NCBI GenBank assembly: GCA_017544805.1
Contig: JAFYDK010000122.1
Location: forward strand, 1,764-65,763
From: Bacteroidales bacterium
GTDB taxonomy: Bacteria > Bacteroidota > Bacteroidia > Bacteroidales > UBA3824
Reading direction: 5' to 3'
DNA: 64,000 bases
Shown: positions 1 to 7,692 of the stretch, one piece after another
Position numbering within the stretch: position 1 is the first letter of the stretch
Layout: every line of letters starts with the position of its first letter
Notes under the pieces: generated by a model
Database searches by the model: none
The model's input: the letters and a program-made list of their open reading frames with translations, nothing else
What the model was told of the DNA's origin: nothing
Made by a program: the position numbers and the translations under genes

Positions 1-301
1 GAAGGAGGAAGGTTCAGAATTTTACAAAGATGTAAATGAATACACTGTTGAACAATGGAACCAAATGGAGAGTGCAGGAGCGGTGTTTCTGCCAGCTGCT
101 GGTTTCCGTAGCGGCTCCGATGTGGACAATGTCGGCATCGGCGGCTACTACTGGTCGGCTACGGCTGACGGCACCTTGTACGTGTGGTACTTGGACTTCG
201 ATCCAAGACACGCGTTTGGGAGCCTAAAACCCCGTTCCCGCGGGCTGTCGGTTCGGTTGGTGCGGGTTTTGCAGAACCACAATATCCCACCCCAAAAATA
301 A
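1..301 (+). CDS. 3' fragment of a FISUMP/DUF1566-like surface protein (5' end lies outside the window)
   Basis: Frame is open from base 2 to the TAA at 299-301. The tail ...WNQMESAGAVFLPAAGFRSGS...GGYYWSAT...RSRGLSVRLV fits the LPAAGxR / YWSS / GxSVRxV pattern of Fibrobacter-type major paralogous domains. Visibly GC-rich compared with the rest of the window. Confidence 0.55.
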   Translation, partial: KEEGSEFYKDVNEYTVEQWNQMESAGAVFLPAAGFRSGSDVDNVGIGGYYWSATADGTLYVWYLDFDPRHAFGSLKPRSRGLSVRLVRVLQNHNIPPQK

Positions 302-315
302 AAATTTTTAGCATT

Positions 316-356
316 AACAGCGAAATCGTTAGAAATAATGGTTTCGCTGTTTTTGT
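316..356 (+). terminator. Rho-independent terminator after the FISUMP-like gene
   Basis: Perfect 10-bp stem aacagcgaaa (316-325) / tttcgctgtt (342-351), followed by a T-run. Confidence 0.6.
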
Positions 357-364
357 TATAAAAA

Positions 365-372
365 TATTTTTG
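365..372 (+). promoter_or_regulatory. Bacteroidota -7 promoter box (TAnnTTTG)
   Basis: tatttttg lies 50 nt upstream of the ATG at 422. Confidence 0.4.
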
Positions 373-421
373 CATTTTTCTCCTAAAAAAGTTATTTTTG
401 CCGTCAGAAAAACATATTGCA

Positions 422-1288
422 ATGAAATACTACGACCCACGAGCCGACATATTATTCAAAAAGATTTTCGGTAGGAACGAAGATTTAACTATCAGTTTCC
501 TTAACGCCATGTTGCCGTTGGAAGGCGATGGCTTGGTAAAAACGATAAAATATCTTCAGCCGGAAGAGTTGCCGATAATCCCCGACCTTAAAGACAGTAT
601 TGTAGATGTTTTGTGTGTTGATATTAAGGGTCGGACATTTGTTGTTGAAATGCAGATGTATTGGACATCGTATTTTAAACAACGCATACTTTTCAATGCT
701 GCGAAAATGTATGTTACGCAAATCGAACGCGGTGAAAATTACGATGCCTTGATGCCTGTTTACGGTCTTAACCTTGTGAATGATATTTTTGACACCACGA
801 GCGAAGATTATTATCACCGTTATACGATGTGCGAACCGTCTAATCCCGAAAAAACTATTGACGGTATCGAATTGTTTTTCTTTGAGTTACCGAAATTCAA
901 GCCGAAAACATTTTCGCAAAAGAAAATGCAAGTTTTGTGGTTAAAATTCTTGACTGAAATCAACGAAAAAACCATCGTCGTAGACCCTGAACTTTTAAAA
1001 AATCCCGAAATTTCTAAGGCGTTAGATATTTGTACGTATTTAACACAAGAGGAATTATTAGGTTACGACCGTTATTGGGATGCTATCAGCACCGCAAAAA
1101 CTCTCGCATCGGGCAAGTACAAAGACGGTTTGGATGCAGGTCTTGCAAAGGGACGAGAAGAAGGCCGCGCGGAAGGCGAAAAACAAGCTCACATAGAGAT
1201 GGCACGTATGATGAAAGCTGACCACGAACCGCTTGAAAAAATCATGCGATATTCCGGCTTAACTTTAGACGAAATCCAAAAAATCTAA
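422..1288 (+). CDS. Rpn-family recombination-promoting nuclease / PD-(D/E)XK putative transposase (YhgA-like)
   Basis: The N-terminus MKYYDPRADILFKKIFG and the ...DVLCVD...FVVEMQ... core are typical of this family. The C-terminal tail is GREEGRAEGEKQ...MMKAD...LTLDEIQKI. The ATG at 422 is preferred over the TTG at 398 used in the ORF track. Confidence 0.8.
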   Translation: MKYYDPRADILFKKIFGRNEDLTISFLNAMLPLEGDGLVKTIKYLQPEELPIIPDLKDSIVDVLCVDIKGRTFVVEMQMYWTSYFKQRILFNAAKMYVTQIERGENYDALMPVYGLNLVNDIFDTTSEDYYHRYTMCEPSNPEKTIDGIELFFFELPKFKPKTFSQKKMQVLWLKFLTEINEKTIVVDPELLKNPEISKALDICTYLTQEELLGYDRYWDAISTAKTLASGKYKDGLDAGLAKGREEGRAEGEKQAHIEMARMMKADHEPLEKIMRYSGLTLDEIQKI

Positions 1289-1312
1289 ACTAACAATATT
1301 GAATAATAAAAA

Positions 1313-1350
1313 AACAACGGTTACAAAAAAAATGCAGCCGTTGTTTTTTT
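1313..1350. terminator. Bidirectional hairpin terminator between convergent genes
   Basis: Stem aacaacgg (1313-1320) / ccgttgtt (1338-1345) with an A-run before it and a T-run after it. Confidence 0.55.
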
Positions 1351-1379
1351 GCGTAGACACCATATTATGGCATCTGATT

Positions 1380-2279
1380 TTATTTTAATTTTGTTTCGAT
1401 TTGTTCTTGCAAATATTTTTTATAATCGTCTGAACTTTCAATTGCGTTAGAAACTTCCTCGATGAACGACATTAACAAAAGATTTTGCGCTGTCTTTTCT
1501 GAAATTCCGCGGCTGCGCATATAAAAAAGTGCTTCTTTGTCTAACATTCCTGTTGTACTGCCGTGCGAACATTTTACGTCATCGGCATAAATTTCCAACT
1601 GAGGTTTGGAATTTATCGTAGCATCTTCCGATAACAAAATATTGTTGTTTACTTGTTCTGCTTCAGTTTTTTGAGAATTTTTTGCAACTTTTATGAGTCC
1701 GAAAAAATTCGCAAAACCGTTACCGCTGGCTATTGTCCTTACTACTTGTTTCGATTTGCAATTAGCAACATTATGATTGATAAATGTTTGAAAATCAAAA
1801 TGTTCTTCTGCTTCAGGCAACAAGAGGGCGGGGGCGTTGAAACAAGAATTTTCACCTAAAAAGTCCACATTAACAACGGTTTTAATATCTTTGCCCGAAA
1901 TGCCGACAAACGAAATTTGAACATCGGAATTTTTCCCGATTTTAACGTTAATCGTGTGATTGATAATTGTTTCTTCGGCTCCGGCGCAAAAAATATGAAA
2001 GCGGAGTTTACTGTTATCACCTACAACAACTTCTGTTGAAACCTCTTCTTGAAATTTTTCGGGCGTACCGCTGTACATAACATAAACAAATTCCGAATCC
2101 GTTTCGTCTTCTAAAAGAAGCGAATTTTTGCGTTTTTTGTCCTTGTTGGTAAGGCTCAAAAACACGTGGTTCAGACCGTCGCTTTTGGGAATGTTGTACG
2201 AAAAATCATCTTCAGAGGCTTGTGTGATGACATGATTCGTAAAACGGGTAAAATCTATATCTCTTAATCCGAATTTCAT
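1380..2279 (-). CDS. sufD: Fe-S cluster assembly protein SufD (short form, 299 aa)
   Basis: The C-terminal region ...PQLEIYADDVKCSHGSTTGMLDKEALFYMRSRGISEKTAQNLLLMSFI... is the conserved SufB/SufD beta-helix end. The gene sits 10 nt downstream of sufC. Confidence 0.8.
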   Translation of the reverse strand: MKFGLRDIDFTRFTNHVITQASEDDFSYNIPKSDGLNHVFLSLTNKDKKRKNSLLLEDETDSEFVYVMYSGTPEKFQEEVSTEVVVGDNSKLRFHIFCAGAEETIINHTINVKIGKNSDVQISFVGISGKDIKTVVNVDFLGENSCFNAPALLLPEAEEHFDFQTFINHNVANCKSKQVVRTIASGNGFANFFGLIKVAKNSQKTEAEQVNNNILLSEDATINSKPQLEIYADDVKCSHGSTTGMLDKEALFYMRSRGISEKTAQNLLLMSFIEEVSNAIESSDDYKKYLQEQIETKLK

Positions 2280-2289
2280 AATTAAAATT

Positions 2290-3054
2290 TTACTTGTTGT
2301 AAAGTTCGTCTGCTTGTTTTTTCAACTCGTCATAACCCGTTTTTTCGAGTTCTAATGCGAGATTTTTATCACCCGTTTTAATAATTCTGCCGTTGTAAAG
2401 CACATGAACGACATCCGGCGTAATATAATCCAAAAGCCTTTGATAATGAGTGATTATGATAAACGAATTTTCTGAAGATTTCAATTTATTGACACCGTTT
2501 GCCACTATTCTTAAAGCGTCTATGTCAAGACCTGAATCGGTTTCGTCCAAAACGGCAACTTTGGGATTGAGAACTGCCATTTGAAAAACTTCCAATTTCT
2601 TTTTCTCACCGCCCGAAAAACCTTGATTTACACTTCTTCCGTCAAGTTTTTTGTCTAATTCAACGAGTTCTTTTTTCTCTTTTATGAGTTTTAAGAAATC
2701 AGGAGCGGGAATAGGTTCAAGTCCGTGATATTTACGTTGTTCGTTGATAGCGGCTTTCATAAAATTGTTAATCGAAACTCCCGGAATTTCCACAGGGTAC
2801 TGAAACGCCAAAAAAACGCCTTCTGCCGCACGCTCTTCGGGTTTTAGTTTCAATAAATCTTTGCCGTCAAGTTTTATTTCGCCTTCGGTAACAGAGAAAA
2901 TTTCGTTGCCTGCCAAAACGGATGCCAACGTACTTTTGCCCGAACCGTTAGGACCCATTATTGCATAAACTTTGCCTTTTTCTATATTCAGATTAATGCC
3001 TTTGAGAATCTCCTTTCCGTCGATAGAGGCATGTAAATTTTTGATTTCTAACAT
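2290..3054 (-). CDS. sufC: Fe-S cluster assembly ATPase SufC
   Basis: Walker A GPNGSGKST, ABC signature FSGGEKKK, Walker B VAVLDETDSGLD and the overall SufC layout. Confidence 0.95.
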   Translation of the reverse strand: MLEIKNLHASIDGKEILKGINLNIEKGKVYAIMGPNGSGKSTLASVLAGNEIFSVTEGEIKLDGKDLLKLKPEERAAEGVFLAFQYPVEIPGVSINNFMKAAINEQRKYHGLEPIPAPDFLKLIKEKKELVELDKKLDGRSVNQGFSGGEKKKLEVFQMAVLNPKVAVLDETDSGLDIDALRIVANGVNKLKSSENSFIIITHYQRLLDYITPDVVHVLYNGRIIKTGDKNLALELEKTGYDELKKQADELYNK

Positions 3055-3086
3055 TTTTTGTCAATTATTAAAATCGTTTTGAACCG

Positions 3087-3094
3087 CAAAATTA
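3087..3094 (-). promoter_or_regulatory. -7 promoter box (TAnnTTTG on the minus strand) for sufCD
   Basis: The plus strand reads caaaatta, which is taattttg on the minus strand. It lies about 33 nt upstream of the sufC ATG. Confidence 0.4.
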
Positions 3095-3175
3095 ATAATT
3101 ATTTTTTGAAAAAACTAAAAAATGGATTATTGCATTTTCATAAAAAACGGAGATTCTTTTTTTATATATGTTTCT

Positions 3176-3189
3176 TGCAAACGATTGCA
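3176..3189. promoter_or_regulatory. LacI-family-type palindromic operator candidate TGCAAACGATTGCA (copy A)
   Basis: 14-bp near-palindrome TGCAAnCGnTTGCA located 106 nt upstream of the GH65 ATG. Its reverse complement is identical to copy C at 55048-55061. A degenerate second site, cacaaacgttttcg, lies at 3188-3201. Confidence 0.55.
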
Positions 3190-3294
3190 CAAACGTTTTC
3201 GCATTTTTTTTATATGTTTTTGGTGCTAATTTCGGGGTTTTCCGTTAAATTAACTGTAAAATTGCAGTTAGAAATAAAAAAAATTTAAGGACAA

Positions 3295-5559
3295 ATGAAG
3301 AATTATATCAAATACGACCCGTGGAAAATTATCGAGGAAGGTTTTAATCCCGATTACAACAAAATTTCCGAAAGTATCTGTTCGTTAGGTAACGGAAAAT
3401 TTGGACAAAGAGCAAATTTTGAGGAAAGTTTTTCAGGCAAAACTTTGCAGGGAAACTATGTTTCTGGCGTTTATTATCCCGATAAGACCCGTGTTGGCTG
3501 GTGGAAAAACGGTTATCCGGAATATTTTGCAAAAATGCTTAATGCTCCATCTTGGATTGGCATCAAAACAACCGTTCAAGGCGAAGACCTTGATTTGAAT
3601 AAATGCGAAATTCAAGATTTTTCAAGAGTTTTGGATATGAAAAAAGGCGTTTTGGAAAGACGTTTTACGGCTAAAACTCAAAGCGGAAAAATTTTTCAAG
3701 TAGTTGCAACAAGATTTCTTTCTGTTTTAAGGGACGAAATCGGTGCGATTAAATACACGATTATTCCTAAAAATTTCAGCGCTGAGGCAGAAATCCTTTG
3801 TGATGTTGATGCTGACATCAAAAACGAGGATTCAAATTACGACGAAAAATTTTGGATTGAAATTCTGAAAACCTCCGACGATAACAATACTTTTGTTACT
3901 GCTGAAACTAAGAAAACACAGTTTCAGGTTTGTACGGCAGTCAAAATGGAACTTTCAAATTTTTCAAAGGTTGAAAACATTTTGAAAGAAAAATACGCTG
4001 CCAAAAAATACACCGTTCAATTTACTGAAAACGAAGAATTTACGGTTTATAAATACGCCGCCGTTACCTCGACGATGTATTATTCAAAAGAGAAAATTTC
4101 TTCAAAAACGTTGCAAGTTTTGGAAAAGGCTTATAATGACGGTTTTGAAAAACTTCTTGATGAACAAATCAAAACTTGGGACGAAAAATGGAAGGAATCC
4201 GACATTATAATCGAAGGCGACGTTGCCGCTCAACAAGGAATTCGTTTTAATATTTTCCAATTGAATCAGACTTACACGGGCAGAGACGAGCGTTTGAATA
4301 TCGGTCCGAAAGGTTTTACGGGCGAAAAATACGGTGGCACAACATATTGGGACACAGAGGCTTATTGTTTACCGTTTTATCTTGCAACAGCAGACAAAAA
4401 AGTTGCTCATTCGCTTTTAGTTTATCGTTGGAAACACCTTAAAAAAGCAATCGAAAATGCCGAAAAACTTGGTTTTACAGGTGGTGCGGCACTTTATCCG
4501 ATGGTAACAATCAACGGTGAAGAATGTCATAACGAATGGGAAATCACTTTTGAGGAAATTCACCGCAATGCTGCAATCGCTAATGCTGTAAAAATTTACG
4601 TTGATTATACCGGCGAGAAAAAATATTTGGCAGATTACGGTTTGGAAGTTTTAATTTCAATTTCAAGATTTTGGGCTCAAAGGGTCAATTGGTCGGAAGA
4701 CAAGCAGAAATATGTTATGCTCGGCGTTACCGGTCCTAACGAATACGAAAACAATGTTAATAACAATTGGTACACTTCGTTTTCGGCTGTTCAAAACATG
4801 AAATACACTATTAAGGCGATAGATTTTGTTAAAAACAATTATCCCGAGGATTTCTTACGTATCAAAAACGTTTGCAACTTTGACGAAAAAGAAACCGAAA
4901 AATGGAATGAGATAATTGCTAATATGTATCTCGGTTTTGACGAAAAACGTCAGATTTTTGTTCAAAACGACGGATTTTTGGATAAGGAATTAATTCCGGT
5001 TTCAAAACTTGCCGCTTCTGAGCGTCCGATTAATCAGCATTGGTCTTGGGATAGAATTTTAAGAAGTTGTTATATCAAGCAGGCTGACGTTTTGCAAGGA
5101 ATTTATTTCTTTGAGGAAGAGTTTGATACTCAAACGATAAAACGCAATTTTGAATTTTACGAACAATTTACTGTTCACGAGTCCTCGCTTTCAAGTTGTA
5201 TTCATAACATTTTGGCTGCCAGAGTCGGACTTTATGACAAAGCATATCAGTTTTATTTGAATGCGAGCCGTTTGGATTTGGACGATTACAACAACGATAC
5301 TTGCGATGGTTGTCATATTACCTCAATGGGCGGTACTTGGATGACGATAGTTCAAGGTTTTGGCGGCATGAGGATAAAGGATGGTTTACCTTCATTCAAT
5401 CCGATAATCCCGAAACAATGGCAAAAATATGCGTTCAAAATCCGTCATCAAGACAATTTGTTTTTGATTGAGGTTACTCAGAGTGGCACTAAAATTCAAA
5501 AACTCGAAGGTCCTGATGCAAAAGTACTTATCAATGGTGTTTTAACAGAAATAAAATAG
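3295..5559 (+). CDS. Glycoside hydrolase family 65 phosphorylase (maltose/kojibiose phosphorylase type)
   Basis: 754 aa. The N-terminus ...DPWKIIEEGFNP...ESICSLGNGKFGQRANFEE and the ...GFTGEKYGGTTYWDTEAY... catalytic region are typical of GH65. Confidence 0.9.
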   Translation: MKNYIKYDPWKIIEEGFNPDYNKISESICSLGNGKFGQRANFEESFSGKTLQGNYVSGVYYPDKTRVGWWKNGYPEYFAKMLNAPSWIGIKTTVQGEDLDLNKCEIQDFSRVLDMKKGVLERRFTAKTQSGKIFQVVATRFLSVLRDEIGAIKYTIIPKNFSAEAEILCDVDADIKNEDSNYDEKFWIEILKTSDDNNTFVTAETKKTQFQVCTAVKMELSNFSKVENILKEKYAAKKYTVQFTENEEFTVYKYAAVTSTMYYSKEKISSKTLQVLEKAYNDGFEKLLDEQIKTWDEKWKESDIIIEGDVAAQQGIRFNIFQLNQTYTGRDERLNIGPKGFTGEKYGGTTYWDTEAYCLPFYLATADKKVAHSLLVYRWKHLKKAIENAEKLGFTGGAALYPMVTINGEECHNEWEITFEEIHRNAAIANAVKIYVDYTGEKKYLADYGLEVLISISRFWAQRVNWSEDKQKYVMLGVTGPNEYENNVNNNWYTSFSAVQNMKYTIKAIDFVKNNYPEDFLRIKNVCNFDEKETEKWNEIIANMYLGFDEKRQIFVQNDGFLDKELIPVSKLAASERPINQHWSWDRILRSCYIKQADVLQGIYFFEEEFDTQTIKRNFEFYEQFTVHESSLSSCIHNILAARVGLYDKAYQFYLNASRLDLDDYNNDTCDGCHITSMGGTWMTIVQGFGGMRIKDGLPSFNPIIPKQWQKYAFKIRHQDNLFLIEVTQSGTKIQKLEGPDAKVLINGVLTEIK

Positions 5560-5584
5560 TTTTTTTTAATAACCGATTTTTCAT

Positions 5585-5693
5585 TGAGGTTGTCTAATTA
5601 AAGTGAAAAAAAATATATTTTAAGCAAGGGTACATTTATTTTTCTTTTTTTATGAAAAAAATACATCACTTAAAAAGAAGTTAGACAACCTCA
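5585..5693. repeat. 13-bp inverted repeat pair separated by 83 nt, followed by a T-run
   Basis: tgaggttgtctaa (5585-5597) and ttagacaacctca (5681-5693). An inner pair aagtga / tcactt lies within, and ttttttt follows at 5694-5700. Confidence 0.6.
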
Positions 5694-5768
5694 TTTTTTT
5701 TACTTAGTTTCAGGTTTCTTTGTTGAAAATTTAAACATAAGATAACATTATAATTTTTAAATAATTAA

Positions 5769-5776
5769 TAATTTTG
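5769..5776 (+). promoter_or_regulatory. -7 promoter box (TAnnTTTG) for typA
   Basis: taattttg lies 33 nt upstream of the ATG at 5809. Confidence 0.45.
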
Positions 5777-5808
5777 CAGGTCAAAAAAACGTAAATAATT
5801 CAATAACA

Positions 5809-7617
5809 ATGCAGGACATAAGAAATATTGCAATCATCGCTCACGTTGACCACGGTAAAACCACATTGGTTGACAGAATTTTGCACCAGTCCCATCTCTT
5901 CAGGGAAAATCAGGAAGTTCAGGATTTAATCCTTGACAACAACGACCTCGAAAGAGAAAGAGGTATAACAATTCTTTCCAAAAACGTTTCGGTAAGATAT
6001 AAAGGCGTTAAAATCAATATCATAGATACTCCCGGACACTCTGATTTCGGCGGCGAAGTAGAGCGTGTGCTCAATATGGCTGACGGCGTTATCCTTTTGG
6101 TTGACGCTTTTGAAGGTCCTATGCCGCAGACAAGATTCGTTCTTCAAAAGGCTATTGAATTGAAACTCAAACCGATAGTAGTTGTTAATAAAGTTGATAA
6201 ACCAAATTGTACACCCGAACAAGTTTACGAACAGGTTTTTGACCTTATGTTTTCGCTTGAGGCGAGTGAAGACCAGTTGGATTTTCCCGTTGCATACGGT
6301 AGTTCAAAAGCTGGTTGGATGGGTCCCGATTGGAAAACTCCGACACAAGATGTGTCATATCTTTTGGATTTGATTATCAAACACATACCTGCTCCCAAAT
6401 ATGTAGAAGGTCCGCTTCAGATGCAAATCAGTTCTTTGGATTATTCTTCTTATCAGGGCAGAATTGCAATCGGAAGAATTTACAGAGGTTCTATCAAACC
6501 GGGTCAAACCGTAGCCGTAATGAAAGCTGACGGCAAAATCGAACGTTCAACAGTAAAAGAGCTTTATACTTTTGAAGGTTTGGGCAAAGAGAAATCAAAA
6601 CAAGAGCTTCCTTGCGGTGAGATTTGTGCTATTTTAGGTCTTGATAATTTTGACATCGGTGATACTGTTGCTGATCCGGAAAATCCTGAAGAACTCAAAC
6701 GTATCCATGTTGATGAGCCTACGATGAGTATGCTTTTCACTATCAACAATTCGCCGTTCTTTGGAAAAGAAGGTAAATTTGTAACATCAAGACATTTAAG
6801 AGAAAGACTTTTCAAAGAGACTGAAAAGAATCTTGCTTTGAAAATTGAAGAAACCGATTCTCCTGAAAAACTTCAAGTTTACGGTCGAGGAATCCTGCAT
6901 TTGGCTGTTTTGGTTGAAACTATGCGCCGTGAGGGTTACGAACTTCAGCTTGGTCAGCCGAAAGTTATTATCAAGGAAGAAAACGGTGTTAAATACGAAC
7001 CGATTGAACTTTTAACAGTGGAAGTTCCTGAGAATTTTTCATCACGTGTTATTGACCTTGTTCAAAAACGTAAAGGCGATATTCTCAACATTGAAAGCAA
7101 AGATGACAGAGTTTTCTTGGAATTCAATATTCCTTCAAGAGGTATTATCGGTTTAACGAATCCGATTTTGACAGCAACGGAAGGCGAGGCTATAATTTCG
7201 CATCGTTTCAAAGATTTTGAACCTTGGAGAGGCGAACTTTCACGCGAGCGCAACGGTTCACTTATCGCAATGGAAACGGGAACTGCTATTCCGTATTCTA
7301 TCAACAACTTACAAAGCCGCGGTAAATTTTTCATTTCTCCGGGTGATGAGGTTTATGCTGGTCAGATAATCGGTGAGACTACACGTCAGGACGACATTGT
7401 TGTTAATGTTACCAAGACGAAAAAACTTACGAATATGCGTGCTGCCGGCAGCGATGACAAAATCATTATTGAACCGGCTACCGTTATGAGTTTGGAAGAA
7501 AATATGGAATATATCAACGATGACGAATACGTTGAAGTTACTCCAAAATCTATACGTCTTAGAAAAATTATCCTTGACGAAATCGAAAGAAAACGTGCTT
7601 CAAGACAGACTGAATAA
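5809..7617 (+). CDS. typA: Translational GTPase TypA/BipA
   Basis: The N-terminus [19 protein letters not shown], then DTPGH and NKVD G-motifs, and a 602-aa length match TypA. Confidence 0.95.
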   Translation: MQDIRNIAIIAHVDHGKTTLVDRILHQSHLFRENQEVQDLILDNNDLERERGITILSKNVSVRYKGVKINIIDTPGHSDFGGEVERVLNMADGVILLVDAFEGPMPQTRFVLQKAIELKLKPIVVVNKVDKPNCTPEQVYEQVFDLMFSLEASEDQLDFPVAYGSSKAGWMGPDWKTPTQDVSYLLDLIIKHIPAPKYVEGPLQMQISSLDYSSYQGRIAIGRIYRGSIKPGQTVAVMKADGKIERSTVKELYTFEGLGKEKSKQELPCGEICAILGLDNFDIGDTVADPENPEELKRIHVDEPTMSMLFTINNSPFFGKEGKFVTSRHLRERLFKETEKNLALKIEETDSPEKLQVYGRGILHLAVLVETMRREGYELQLGQPKVIIKEENGVKYEPIELLTVEVPENFSSRVIDLVQKRKGDILNIESKDDRVFLEFNIPSRGIIGLTNPILTATEGEAIISHRFKDFEPWRGELSRERNGSLIAMETGTAIPYSINNLQSRGKFFISPGDEVYAGQIIGETTRQDDIVVNVTKTKKLTNMRAAGSDDKIIIEPATVMSLEENMEYINDDEYVEVTPKSIRLRKIILDEIERKRASRQTE

Positions 7618-7636
7618 GTTTTTTAGATAAAAAAAA

Positions 7637-7671
7637 GAAACCCTCGTCGAAGAAAATCGGCGGGGGTTTTT
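7637..7671. terminator. Imperfect GC hairpin terminator between convergent typA and parC
   Basis: gaaaccc...gggtttt arms with a flanking A-run and T-run. Confidence 0.5.
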
Positions 7672-7692
7672 AATTTTATAAGTTTTAAAATT

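Noticed and set aside
398-421. N-terminal extensions from TTG/GTG or upstream ATG starts in the ORF track (398, 12051, 15137, 20226, 21362, 23744, 34423, 35692, 51130, 55057)
   Set aside because: In each case a downstream ATG gives a canonical family N-terminus or a signal peptide or lipobox. It also leaves room for a TAnnTTTG box that the longer ORF would overlap.
3058-3288. 76-aa ORF in the sufC/GH65 divergent region
   Set aside because: It covers the promoter and operator region. Its hydrophobic, AT-driven sequence has no motifs and it begins at a non-ATG codon.
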